In this document: piece after piece, positions 1 to 9,070 of the stretch
Position numbering within the stretch: the stretch's first letter is position 1
How the letters are laid out: each line of letters starts with the position of its first letter
Assembly: GCA_039630085.1 (NCBI GenBank)
Contig: JBCNVM010000009.1
Location: 1 to 57,620 of the forward strand
Source: Candidatus Caldarchaeales archaeon
GTDB taxonomy: Archaea; Thermoproteota; Nitrososphaeria_A; Caldarchaeales; Calditenuaceae
Direction of reading: 5' to 3'
Length of the DNA: 57,620 bases
Program-made: the position numbers and the translations under genes
The notes under the pieces: generated by a model
The model's input: the letters and a program-made list of their open reading frames with translations, nothing else
Database searches by the model: none
What the model was told of the DNA's origin: nothing

Positions 1-136
1 CGGAGGAGACCATCGGTCCCACCGCATCCGTTCATCATATAAATCCTGAGGAGGCGCGACGCCTTCCGGCCCCGAGCCGATCGAGCTCCCGGAGGTCCGC
101 GAAGCTAAATCCTGCCGGTCGGGAGTCAGGTCCAGG

Positions 137-625
137 TTGAGGCTCGACGAGCTCGACGCGAGGATCATCGACGCGCTCCAGGAGGACTCGAGGAGGACCG
201 CAGCGGAGATCGCGCGGGCGCTCGGGGTCCACGAGAACACGGTTAGGTACCGGATAAGGAGGCTGGTGAGGAGCGGCGTGATCAGGAGGTTCACGGTCCT
301 GCTGGACCCGAGGGCGCTGGGCCTGACGGTTTCGGCCGCCCTCATGATCAAGGTCGAGCCGGGCAGGTTGGAGTCGGTCGCGGAGAGGCTGATCGGGATG
401 CGGGAGGTCACGAACGTCTACCAGCTGAGCGGCGAGCACGACCTAATCGCGGTCGTCTTCGGGACCGACCTTCAGGACCTCCAGAGGAGGGTGAGCGCGG
501 TCAGGAGGATCGAAGGGGTGAGGGAGGTGAACGTCTTCGTCACCACGAGGGTCCTCAAGTCGGAGGTGAGGTACCAGCTGGTCCCCCCGAGCGCCCAGCT
601 AAGCCATCAGGGCGAGGGGCCTTAG
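137..625 (+). CDS. Lrp/AsnC family transcriptional regulator
   Basis: N-terminal LDELDARIIDALQEDSR HTH (AEIARALGVHENTVRYRIRRL) and C-terminal RAM-type domain (VYQLSGEHDLIA); TTG start. Confidence 0.93.
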   Translation: MRLDELDARIIDALQEDSRRTAAEIARALGVHENTVRYRIRRLVRSGVIRRFTVLLDPRALGLTVSAALMIKVEPGRLESVAERLIGMREVTNVYQLSGEHDLIAVVFGTDLQDLQRRVSAVRRIEGVREVNVFVTTRVLKSEVRYQLVPPSAQLSHQGEGP

Positions 626-1532
626 CCCTCACGCCGACCACCGTCCTACAGTAGGCACACACATCCGAGGTAGTCGGCTGACCGCAGGACCTGCAGGGCC
701 TGGTCTCGGCCCTCGGGACGGCGGCCTCGAGGAGGGACAGGACCCTCTTGACGTGGGCCTTGAGGAGGGTGTGCCTGAACCCGGGGATTCTGGACTCGAT
801 CTCGAGTATGAGCTGCTTCCTCGAGACCATCCGGGAGCCCCTGACCAGCGGGCACCAGGAGTCGACGTGCTCCAGCTCCAGGGCGTCGACGTAGTAGAGG
901 TCCTCCTCGTCGGTCATCTCGAAGAGCGGCTTCACCCTGTTCGCGAGGTTCACCCCGTTGCCGGGAAGGACCGGCCTCAGCCTCACGGCCTCCTCCAGTC
1001 GGCCCCTCCTGTAGAGCTCGAAGAGGACCTCGACGGTGTCGTCGAGGTTGTGACCCGTCGCGACCGTGTCGAACCCCTTCTCGACCGCGATCCTGTTCAG
1101 GACGTGCCTCTTCACGGTCCCGCAGACCGCGCAGGGCTTCCTCCTGAACCTCCCGACCGCGAGCTCCGGTATCGAGAGGCCCTCGGAGGACTTGAGGTCG
1201 TGGACGATCAGGGGGACGCCGAGCCGATCGCAGACCCTCCTCACGACCTCCTCCGACCTCTCCGAGTAGTCGGGTATGCCGAGGTCGACGTAGAGCGCTG
1301 TCAGGTCCAGGTCTCCGAAGGCCCTCCTGAGGCCCGCGAGCAGCGCGACGCTGTCCTTTCCTCCCGAGACCGCGACCAGAGTCCTCCCCATCACCCTGTG
1401 CATACCGTACTTCAGGACCGTCGACTTCAGCTTCCTCTCGAAGCGGGAGACGTAGCACTCCCTGCAGAACGCAGCCCTCGCGAAGGAGAGCGCGTACCTC
1501 GCCCCCTCGCCGCCGCAGCGGACGCACTTCAT
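555..1532 (-). CDS. tRNA 2-thiolation PP-loop ATPase (TtuA/NcsA/Ctu1 family)
   Basis: N- and C-terminal CxxC..CxxC Zn fingers, SGGKDS PP-loop, CAVCG, GHNLDD; start moved to ATG 1532 (MKCVRC), TATA-like TTTAAT ~30 nt upstream. Confidence 0.88.
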   Translation of the reverse strand: MKCVRCGGEGARYALSFARAAFCRECYVSRFERKLKSTVLKYGMHRVMGRTLVAVSGGKDSVALLAGLRRAFGDLDLTALYVDLGIPDYSERSEEVVRRVCDRLGVPLIVHDLKSSEGLSIPELAVGRFRRKPCAVCGTVKRHVLNRIAVEKGFDTVATGHNLDDTVEVLFELYRRGRLEEAVRLRPVLPGNGVNLANRVKPLFEMTDEEDLYYVDALELEHVDSWCPLVRGSRMVSRKQLILEIESRIPGFRHTLLKAHVKRVLSLLEAAVPRAETRPCRSCGQPTTSDVCAYCRTVVGVRAKAPRPDGLAGRSGGPAGTSPPT

Positions 1533-1611
1533 CCCAACCTCGCCACAGCGACGCCGCATTAAACGTCTTCCACCGCTTCGAGGGGCTCCCTTCGGTCCGG
1601 TGACTTCCCGT

Positions 1612-1920
1612 TCAGCCCCTGAAGACCTTCAGGACCACGCTCAGGACAAGCCCGACGAGGAACCCCGCGAACATCGGGACCCTGGAGACTAGGAACCTCG
1701 CGAACCACTCGACGCCGCTGACCGCCGTCTCTATCACGAGCTCCGGGCTGAGGGGGACGCCGAGGGGCGCGAGGACTAAGGGCGCTATTAGCGCCACGAT
1801 CATCGCGGCCAGCACCCACTTCCAGAGGCTGATGACGAACATTCCCGCACCGAACCCGATCACGAACCAGATGATCGAGGCCACGAGCTCGGGGTCGACC
1901 GCCCCTCCTTGGGCAGCCAT
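1612..1920 (-). CDS. small membrane protein, FUN14-like
   Basis: Three hydrophobic segments, IGFGAG near N-terminus and C-terminal PMFAGFLVGL resembling archaeal FUN14 proteins; start moved to ATG 1920. Confidence 0.55.
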   Translation of the reverse strand: MAAQGGAVDPELVASIIWFVIGFGAGMFVISLWKWVLAAMIVALIAPLVLAPLGVPLSPELVIETAVSGVEWFARFLVSRVPMFAGFLVGLVLSVVLKVFRG

Positions 1921-2134
1921 GTCCCTTACCCCCCGCGTGCTCTCAAGTGATAAAAATTTCAGCGGGTTAGACGTAACCCGTGTTCCTGCCACGGGGACTG
2001 ATGGAGATCTGCACCACGACCGCGCCGGTGAAGACTTCGAGTCCCGAAAGGCGCTTGACGTCGAGAGGGCACGAACGAAGGCTCCGAGGCGCTCCGGGGG
2101 AAGTTTAATAGAGCGCGGGGACGCGGATGACCGG

Positions 2135-3112
2135 TTGACGGAGCCCTACGATGTCGTCGTGATCGGGTCGGGGCCCGCAGGTTGCACCGCAGCCATCTAC
2201 GCCGCGCGCGCAGGGATGAGGACGCTGATGATAGCCGGCGTGACGCCGGGTGGCCAGCTGATGATCACGACGGTCGTCGAGAACTTCCCGGGCTTCCCCG
2301 AGGGCGTGAACGGGCCGGACCTGATGGACAGGATGAGGGAGCAGGCGGAGCGAGCGGGCGCGGAGGTCGTCTACGAGGACGTGAGGGCGGTGGACCTCTC
2401 GACGTACCCGTTCAAGGTCTACGCGGGCGACTCGGAGTACTCCGCGCTCTCGATCGTGGTCGCGACCGGGGCTGCATCCAAGTGGCTCGGCCTCGAGTCG
2501 GAGAGGATGTTCATCGGGAGGGGAGTCTCGGGCTGCGCGACCTGCGACGCCCCGCTCTTCAAGGGCGCGAAGAACATAGTGGTGGTGGGGGGAGGCGACT
2601 CGGCGATGGAGTACGCCCTCTTCTGCGCGAACCTCGCCGAGAGGGTGACGGTGATCCACAGGAGGGACAGGCTGAGGGCCTCGAAGGCGATGCAGGACAG
2701 GGCCTTCGCCAACCCGAAGATAACCTTCGTCTGGAACAGCGTCGTCGAGGAGATCATGGGGGACGTGAAGGTGAGGGCCGTGAAGGTCAGGAACGTGAAG
2801 ACCGGAGAGACCAGCGTGATCGAGTGCGACGCGGTCTTCGTTGCGATCGGACACGCGCCAGCGACCGAGTTCCTCAAGGGTTGGGTCGAGCTCGACGAAG
2901 ACGGTTACATCGTCACCAGGGACATTGTCAAGACGAGCGTCGACGGCGTCTTCGCGGCGGGCGACGTCCACGACAAGAAGTACAAGCAGGCGATAACCGC
3001 GGCGGGCTTCGGGTGCATGGCGGCCCTGGAGGCGGTGAGGTTCGTGGAGGGCGTGAAGCTCGGCCAGGTCAAGCCCCAGCTGATCGCGAGGGCGGCCGGC
3101 GAGAAGCGGTGA
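2135..3112 (+). CDS. trxB: thioredoxin-disulfide reductase
   Basis: GSGPAG FAD motif, CATCD redox centre, GGGDSA NADPH motif, TSVDGVFAAGD; start moved to TTG 2135, ~30 nt after TTTAATA. Confidence 0.95.
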   Translation: MTEPYDVVVIGSGPAGCTAAIYAARAGMRTLMIAGVTPGGQLMITTVVENFPGFPEGVNGPDLMDRMREQAERAGAEVVYEDVRAVDLSTYPFKVYAGDSEYSALSIVVATGAASKWLGLESERMFIGRGVSGCATCDAPLFKGAKNIVVVGGGDSAMEYALFCANLAERVTVIHRRDRLRASKAMQDRAFANPKITFVWNSVVEEIMGDVKVRAVKVRNVKTGETSVIECDAVFVAIGHAPATEFLKGWVELDEDGYIVTRDIVKTSVDGVFAAGDVHDKKYKQAITAAGFGCMAALEAVRFVEGVKLGQVKPQLIARAAGEKR

Positions 3113-3719
3113 CGTGGGCCAGCCTCACGAGCTCGTGAAGCCTCATCCCTGTGACCTCCAGGAGCTCGTCGACGGTCTCGAGGTCCGTCAGGTGGCCCGG
3201 ACTCACGAAGTATTCCCTCCCTCCCGGCGTCCGGTAGCACCTGCCCACCACCTCGTCCCCTAGGACCACGTCGCCCACGGACCCCCTCCACCTTGCCTCG
3301 CCGACCAGCAGCGAGCCTGCGACGCCGACGGTCGGAACCGAGAGGAGCAGCCCGACGACCGACGCGAGGCCGGCGCGCCTCGGGTGGGCGACGCCGTGGC
3401 CGTTCACCACGAGGACCGAGAACTCCTTCCTCAGTCCGCGGAGGCACTCGGCGATCAGGGGCCCCTCCCTGAGGAAGAGGAGGCCGGGGACGTAGGGGAA
3501 GAGGACCTTCAGCTCCGCCAGACCCTCCTCGAGGACCCTCCAGTCCGGGAGGCTCACCACCACGCAACCGGCCCTGCCCGACCCGTCGGAGTAGGAGGCG
3601 TCGGCGGCGCAGACCTTTACCGGCGGGGAGACGTGAAGGTGCTCAATCCTCACGAGCTTCGAGAGCGCCTCTTGGACGAGCGCGAAGAAGCTGACGTAGT
3701 GCTGCGGCAGCCCGGTCAC
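3069..3719 (-). CDS. nfi: endonuclease V
   Basis: ADASY, FPYVPGLLFLRE, VNGHGVAHPRRAGLAS, SPGH motifs of EndoV. Confidence 0.9.
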   Translation of the reverse strand: MTGLPQHYVSFFALVQEALSKLVRIEHLHVSPPVKVCAADASYSDGSGRAGCVVVSLPDWRVLEEGLAELKVLFPYVPGLLFLREGPLIAECLRGLRKEFSVLVVNGHGVAHPRRAGLASVVGLLLSVPTVGVAGSLLVGEARWRGSVGDVVLGDEVVGRCYRTPGGREYFVSPGHLTDLETVDELLEVTGMRLHELVRLAHVTASRRPPSRSAGA

Positions 3720-4943
3720 TCAGCCTACCCGCGCCTCGGCCCTCTTAACTCCAGCCCTGCGCCCGACTAACTCCTCGACCAGCATCCCGACGCTCTCCAC
3801 AGGCTCCGCCCCCCTCACCAGCCCCGACGAAGTCCCGGGCATCACGAGGACCCTCATGCCCGCGTCCACCAGTTCGTTCGCGAGTTCGGCGTTCCTCATG
3901 TTCAGCGGCCCGACCGGGGGCGACGCGTAGACGACCGCGTCGGAGCCGAGGGCGGCCGAGAGCGCGGCCGAGTAGCTCCCCTCGCCGATCGGGTTGAAGG
4001 GCTCCTCCGAGACCACGCCTATTCCCATCGACTCCGCCACGTGGTGGTCGACGTCGTTCCTGTGAAGGACGCCGGTCGAGACCCAGAGGCCCCTCTTGAC
4101 AAGGGCCCTGTAGACCCTCGCTCCGGTCCCAGCGCCGGCGATCACGAAGACCCGCGGATATCCCTGTGCCCGGGCGCGCCTGAACTCGACCGACAGTGTG
4201 ACGGGGGAGATCGAGAGCTCACCATCTAGACTTAAGCACCTCAGGAACGCCTCCTCCCTCAGGAGGTCCTCGGGGTCGTCCCTCACCACGATCGAGCCGT
4301 CGAGGATCGCGACGATCCTGTCCGCGAACCGCAGGGCCAGCTCCAGCTCGTGGGTCGAGGCTATCGCTGCTATTCCCTTGGACCTGGTGAGCCTGAGGAG
4401 CAGCCCCATCACCTCGAGTCGGGACCTCACGTCGAGGTGGGTCGTCGGCTCGTCGAGGACGAGGCAGCGGGGCGACTGGGCGAGGGCCCTCGCGATCATG
4501 ACCCGCTGGAACTGGCCGTCGCTGAGCTCGGAGGCCCTTCTGCCCCTCAGGTGGAGGACCCCCGCGTCCCTCATCGCCTCCTCGACGGCCCTCCTGTCCT
4601 CCTCGTAGAGGAGGTGGGCCAAGTTCGTCCAGGGGTACCTCCCCATCGCGACGACCTCCTCGACCGTCATCGCGTTCAGGTCCGGCCTGCCGGTGAAGAC
4701 CGCGCTCACCCTCCTCGCCCTCTCCCTTGGAGGGAGCCTGTGGAGCTCGGCGCCAGAGACGTAAACCGCGCCCATTATCGGCTTCAGGACGCCGGCCAGC
4801 GTCTTCAGGAGCGTCGACTTGCCGGAAGCGTTGGGCCCGATCAAAAGGGTCAGCTCGCCCGGCCTCACCTCCAGCTCCACGCCGCCGAGGACGACCTTCG
4901 CGCCGTACCCGACCGAGAGCGCCCTGGCCTCGATCACCTCCAA
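3720..4943 (-). CDS. cobalamin/iron-chelate ABC transporter ATP-binding protein with C-terminal extension
   Basis: Walker A GPNASGKST, signature LSDGQ, LDEPTTHLD; C-terminal AGAGTG/GVLHRNDVD domain. Confidence 0.9.
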   Translation of the reverse strand: MEVIEARALSVGYGAKVVLGGVELEVRPGELTLLIGPNASGKSTLLKTLAGVLKPIMGAVYVSGAELHRLPPRERARRVSAVFTGRPDLNAMTVEEVVAMGRYPWTNLAHLLYEEDRRAVEEAMRDAGVLHLRGRRASELSDGQFQRVMIARALAQSPRCLVLDEPTTHLDVRSRLEVMGLLLRLTRSKGIAAIASTHELELALRFADRIVAILDGSIVVRDDPEDLLREEAFLRCLSLDGELSISPVTLSVEFRRARAQGYPRVFVIAGAGTGARVYRALVKRGLWVSTGVLHRNDVDHHVAESMGIGVVSEEPFNPIGEGSYSAALSAALGSDAVVYASPPVGPLNMRNAELANELVDAGMRVLVMPGTSSGLVRGAEPVESVGMLVEELVGRRAGVKRAEARVG

Positions 4944-5947
4944 CCCCTCCTCCTGAGGACCAAGAAGACGAGGAGCGGAGCTCCGAAGATCGATGTGACC
5001 GCGGTGACCGGGAGGTCGAGCGGAGGCAGAAGGGACCTCGCCGCGAGGTCCGAGAGGATCGCGATCGTCGCGCCTACGACCGCTGACAGGGGGATCACGG
5101 CCCTGTTGTCAGAGGTGTCCAGCGCAAGCTTGACGAGGTGGGCCGAGGCGAGCCCGATGAAACCGATCGGCCCGGCGATGAGCGTCGAGGCGCTGAGGGC
5201 CGAGGCCGCGACCGCGACCGTCGCGACGTTAGTCAGCCTGAGCCTCACCCCCATGGAGACCGCGGTCTCGTCGCCGAAGGCGAGGGCGTTCAGGGGCTTC
5301 GCGAGAAGGAACGTCGTGAGGAGCGTCGCGGCCGAGACTGGCAGGAGCGGGATGAGGATCGACCACTTCGCGGCCCCGAAGCTCCCGAGCGTCCAGAAGC
5401 TGAAGGCCCTTGCCCTCTCGACCTCCGAGAGGAAGACCACGAGGGCGGTCAGCCCGGAGTTGAGGTACCCGATCATCACGCCGACGAGGACGATCGAGGC
5501 GACCGACTGGACCAAGGACGAGAGCGAGACCACGAGGAGCGAAGTGAGGAGGGCGCCTAGCGCTCCGGCCGCGTAGAGGGCGTAGGGGTCGTACTGGGAG
5601 ATCAGGCCGCCCCCGAGCCCGAAGACCAGCGTCAGCGCGATCGCCAGCGACGAGCCCGACGAGATCCCAAGGACGAACGGGTCCGCGAGGGGGTTCCTGA
5701 AGAGCGACTGGAGAAGGGCCCCGGAGGCGCCCAGGCAGGCGCCGGAGATCGCTGCGGCCAGCACCCTCAGGGTCCTGATGTCGAGGACGGCGGCTGTCAC
5801 GCGGTCGGCGGAGCCCAGCCCAAAGACGTGGGCGACGGCCACTTCGAAGGGTATCCGGACGGTCCCGGTCGAGACCGAAAGGAGGAAAGACCCGAACAGA
5901 GACGCGCTGAGGAGGGGTAGGGGCCAGTGCCTCAAGAATCGGGTCAC
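4934..5947 (-). CDS. FecCD/BtuC family ABC permease
   Basis: Multi-TM; QSLFRNPLADPFVLGISSG, GDETAVSMG, GPIGFIGL motifs; GTG 5947 overlaps stop of upstream binding-protein gene. Confidence 0.92.
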   Translation of the reverse strand: MTRFLRHWPLPLLSASLFGSFLLSVSTGTVRIPFEVAVAHVFGLGSADRVTAAVLDIRTLRVLAAAISGACLGASGALLQSLFRNPLADPFVLGISSGSSLAIALTLVFGLGGGLISQYDPYALYAAGALGALLTSLLVVSLSSLVQSVASIVLVGVMIGYLNSGLTALVVFLSEVERARAFSFWTLGSFGAAKWSILIPLLPVSAATLLTTFLLAKPLNALAFGDETAVSMGVRLRLTNVATVAVAASALSASTLIAGPIGFIGLASAHLVKLALDTSDNRAVIPLSAVVGATIAILSDLAARSLLPPLDLPVTAVTSIFGAPLLVFLVLRRRGWR

Positions 5948-7206
5948 CGGAGCCTGACGAAGTAGCTCGGCTGGTGGTCCCCGAACAGCTCCGGGTAGAG
6001 GACCGCGGCCAGGTCCCTGAACCAGCCCTCGGTGTCGTAATATCCGAGCTGGTAGATGTTCGAGTTGAACCTGAAGACCCGGCCCTCCCTGACCGCCTTC
6101 GACCCCGCGAGCCCCGGAACCTCGGCCAGCAGCGCGTCCAGAGAAGCGACCAAGTCGTTCGAGACCATGATCACGTCGGCGTCGGCTGCCCTCTTTACAA
6201 GCTCCTCCAGCGTCACGGTGCCGCTCCCGGTCCCCCTGATGTCCGGGAAGGCGTAGACGCCCTTGAGGTCGCCGATCGCCTTCGCGACGTAGCTGCCGCC
6301 GGCCGCGACGTAGACCGTGCCCCTGAAGACCGAGAACCAGACGATCTTCCTCGGGGTCGCCAGCTTTGCGTCGATCGCGCCAGCCACCTTCTCTGCGGTC
6401 AGCTGGTAGGAGGCCTCGACGAACCTGAAGACGGCCCTCGCCTCCTCTTCCAGTCCCAGGAACGCGCCGACGAACTTGATCCACTCGAACCTCCCTAGCG
6501 GCGTGTCCTCGAGGTACTCGCTGTTGACGACGTACGGCAGCTTCAGCTCGGCGAGCTTGGACGGTATCGGGTCGCCGGCGAAGGTGTAGATCATGACGAG
6601 GTCGGGTTTCAGGGCGACGATCGCCTCGTAGTTCGGCGACCACGCGGCTCCGACGTCGGCGATCCTGCCGTCCTTCAGGGCCCTATCGATCTCCGGGAGG
6701 AACCACTGATAGGAGTTCCCCCACATTATCCCCTTCACCCTCGTCAGCAGTTCGGGCGCGTACTCACTCAGCCTCTCGATCAGCGCGACGTGGGTCGCGG
6801 ACATCAGGACCATCCGTTCGACCGGTACCGTCACGACGAGGTCCGCCCTTACGTCCGGCGCGGCCCTGCCCCTCGGCACCAGCAGGACAGTCCTGTTGGC
6901 ACCGTCCCTGAGGACCGTGAACCCGTCCCGCTTCTCGATGCTGAAGAGCTTCGCATACTTGACCGGCGGCTCTGCGACTTCGACCCTCTGCGTGACCGTG
7001 ACGAGTGAGGTGGTGACCCTGACCTCCGTGGCCGTCGCGGTTGTGATCAGCTGTGTGGTCTGGGTGATCGTCCGGAACTGCGTCGCGGGCGGGAAGATCG
7101 CCGGAGCGGCCGCTACACCGAACACGACGCCCGTTATCAGCGAGACGGCGATCAGCACCGCGGTGACGGTCTGGGAGCCCTTGCCTGCAGAGGCCGCTTG
7201 GGACAT
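5944..7206 (-). CDS. ABC transporter substrate-binding protein (BtuF/iron-chelate class)
   Basis: N-terminal TM anchor, Thr-rich linker, PNYEAIVALKPDLV, EYLEDTPLGRFEWIKF; start moved to ATG 7206. Confidence 0.88.
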   Translation of the reverse strand: MSQAASAGKGSQTVTAVLIAVSLITGVVFGVAAAPAIFPPATQFRTITQTTQLITTATATEVRVTTSLVTVTQRVEVAEPPVKYAKLFSIEKRDGFTVLRDGANRTVLLVPRGRAAPDVRADLVVTVPVERMVLMSATHVALIERLSEYAPELLTRVKGIMWGNSYQWFLPEIDRALKDGRIADVGAAWSPNYEAIVALKPDLVMIYTFAGDPIPSKLAELKLPYVVNSEYLEDTPLGRFEWIKFVGAFLGLEEEARAVFRFVEASYQLTAEKVAGAIDAKLATPRKIVWFSVFRGTVYVAAGGSYVAKAIGDLKGVYAFPDIRGTGSGTVTLEELVKRAADADVIMVSNDLVASLDALLAEVPGLAGSKAVREGRVFRFNSNIYQLGYYDTEGWFRDLAAVLYPELFGDHQPSYFVRLR

Positions 7207-7211
7207 CGGGT

Positions 7212-7233
7212 TTGGATGATCTATCCAATAGAT
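7212..7233. promoter_or_regulatory. candidate repressor operator (overlapping inverted repeats) of the ABC operon
   Basis: TTGGAT-5nt-ATCCAA (7212-7228) and ATCTAT-3nt-ATAGAT (7219-7233) between TATA-like tract and start codon. Confidence 0.45.
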
Positions 7234-7284
7234 AAGATTTGCCAACAGAAAACGAGCGCGATTCCTCGTAAGAACTTGAATCGG

Positions 7285-8025
7285 TCAGCCCGTCCAGCCG
7301 AAGGTCTCCAGCGCGTTCTGAGTGGTGACCTCGACGACCCGCTGAGGCGGAACCGTCTTGATCCTCGCGATCCACTCGACCGAGACCCAGACGTTCTTCG
7401 GCTCGTTGATCGAGCTCCTCGAGGGCCCGAGCCAGGGCGAGTCGGTCTCCAGGAGCAGGGCCTCCAGCGGCAGCCTCCTCACCAGCGACTTCTTCTGGTC
7501 CGACTCGGCGATCCTCGGGGGTATCGAGAACCTGAAGCCCCTCTCCGCGGCCCTCCTCGCGGCCGATACGTCGCCGTCGTAGGCGTGCATCACGACCCTC
7601 TCGGCGCCCTCCTGCAGGAGCACCTCGATCGCGAGCTTCCCGGCGTTCCTGCTGTGGACGACGATCGGCTTGTCGAGTGCCTTTGCGAGCCCGACGAACT
7701 CCCTGAACGCCTTGACCTGCTCCTCCAGCGTCTCCGCCAAGCCCCGGTAGAGGTCCAGGCCGACCTCGCCGACCGCGTCGACCCTTCCGGCGTTCCTCTC
7801 TATCAGCCGGATCACCTCCTCGTACCCCCTGAGGTCGTACGGTGCCACGCCCAGCGACGCCCTGACCCGCCCGTCGACGAGCTCGAGGGCCCTCGCTGAG
7901 TCCTCAGGCCCGATCCCGCAGGTCACGACTTTCCAGACCCCGGCGGCGGCCGCTGAGGCCAGCACCGTCCTGAGCCTGACCATCAGCCTCGGGTCGGTGA
8001 GGTGGGCGTGGACGTCGACCAGCAA
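7285..8025 (-). CDS. tatD: TatD family deoxyribonuclease
   Basis: DVHAH, GEVGLD, VHSR, MHAY, LLETDSP motifs. Confidence 0.93.
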   Translation of the reverse strand: MLVDVHAHLTDPRLMVRLRTVLASAAAAGVWKVVTCGIGPEDSARALELVDGRVRASLGVAPYDLRGYEEVIRLIERNAGRVDAVGEVGLDLYRGLAETLEEQVKAFREFVGLAKALDKPIVVHSRNAGKLAIEVLLQEGAERVVMHAYDGDVSAARRAAERGFRFSIPPRIAESDQKKSLVRRLPLEALLLETDSPWLGPSRSSINEPKNVWVSVEWIARIKTVPPQRVVEVTTQNALETFGWTG

Positions 8026-8076
8026 CGCCGATGCACCCTTTGCACCTATAAATTAAACCCTGATCGCGGTCGGCCG

Positions 8077-8340
8077 ATGACCGAAGGCTGGCCCGTCTGC
8101 GCCTGCGGCAACGTCCTCTCGCCCGAGAACGTCAGGCTCGTGGTCCTCGGCGGCGCAGCGGAGGCCCTCTGCTCGAACGTGTCCTGCGCGCTCAGAAGGA
8201 TAGCGAGGGCCGAGCCGAGGCTGAGGGTCGTGAGGTTCCTCGTCGGGTTCAACGAGCTCCTCTTCGGGTCCGACGACGGCTTCAACCGGATCAGGAGGCT
8301 CGAGGCGACGCTTCAGAGGCGGCTCTCGGGGCTCAGCTAG
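8077..8340 (+). CDS. small hypothetical protein, possible Zn-binding (CxC...Cx4C)
   Basis: ATG 8077 ~30 nt after TATAAATTAAA; typical codon usage; fills gap between tatD and MBL gene. Confidence 0.6.
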   Translation: MTEGWPVCACGNVLSPENVRLVVLGGAAEALCSNVSCALRRIARAEPRLRVVRFLVGFNELLFGSDDGFNRIRRLEATLQRRLSGLS

Positions 8341-8390
8341 GTCCCGGACCACCGGCGTAAGTTCTTATCCGGGGCCCAGGGTAAAGTAAC

Positions 8391-9068
8391 GTGCCGTCCA
8401 GCGTGACCTTCGGGGAGCTCACGATCACGTGGCTGCGTCACGACGGCTTCCTCATCACCGGCGCCGGCAGGACGGTCGTCATCGATCCTTACAACGTCAG
8501 GCCGAAGAGGCACGCGAAGGCCGACGTCGCGTTCGTCACCCACGACCACTTCGACCACTGCTCGACAAAGGACCTCGAACACTTCGTCGACAGGGAGAGG
8601 ACCTCGGTCGTCGCTGCGAGGAACTGCTCGAAGGCGCTCAAGGACCTCAAGTGCAGAACCAGGGAGTTCGTCGAGCCGGGCAGCTCTGGCGAACAGGCCG
8701 GAGTGAGGTATCAGGCCGTACCAGCCTACAACGTCAACAAGTTCAGGGCGCCGGGCGTCCCGTTCCACCCGAAGGAGTACGGGGGCGTGGGGTTCGTGAT
8801 CGAGCTGGCGGGCGTCAGGGTCTACCACGCGGGCGACACGGACAACGTCCCCGAGCTGGCCCAGTTGAGGGGCGTCGACGTCGCGCTCCTTCCGGTCAGC
8901 GGCACCTACGTCATGGCAGCGGAGGAGGCCGCGGAGGCCGCGAGGGCGATATCGCCCAAGCTCGCGATCCCGATGCACTTCGGCGAGATCGTCGGGACCG
9001 TGAGGGACGCGGAGAGGTTCAAGTCCCTCGCAGGCGTGAGGGTCGAGATACTGGAGCCGGAGGGTTGA
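8391..9068 (+). CDS. MBL-fold metallo-hydrolase (UlaG/Lactamase_B_3-like)
   Basis: IDPY, THDHFDH, YHAGDT, IPMHFG motifs. Confidence 0.9.
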   Translation: MPSSVTFGELTITWLRHDGFLITGAGRTVVIDPYNVRPKRHAKADVAFVTHDHFDHCSTKDLEHFVDRERTSVVAARNCSKALKDLKCRTREFVEPGSSGEQAGVRYQAVPAYNVNKFRAPGVPFHPKEYGGVGFVIELAGVRVYHAGDTDNVPELAQLRGVDVALLPVSGTYVMAAEEAAEAARAISPKLAIPMHFGEIVGTVRDAERFKSLAGVRVEILEPEG

Positions 9069-9070
9069 GG

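Noticed and set aside
1-45. Possible minus-strand gene start (ATG at 13, TTTATAT ~30 nt upstream) divergent from the Lrp gene
   Set aside because: Only four codons lie inside the window; cannot be supported or named.
1995-2065. Resemblance to fluoride riboswitch or hammerhead core (CTGATGG...GAAGACTTC...CGAAA)
   Set aside because: P1/stem II pairings fail, core bases deviate, and no crcB-type gene follows.
6990-7080. Thr/Val-rich low-complexity stretch in the binding protein
   Set aside because: Ordinary linker of membrane-anchored archaeal substrate-binding proteins, not a DNA repeat element.
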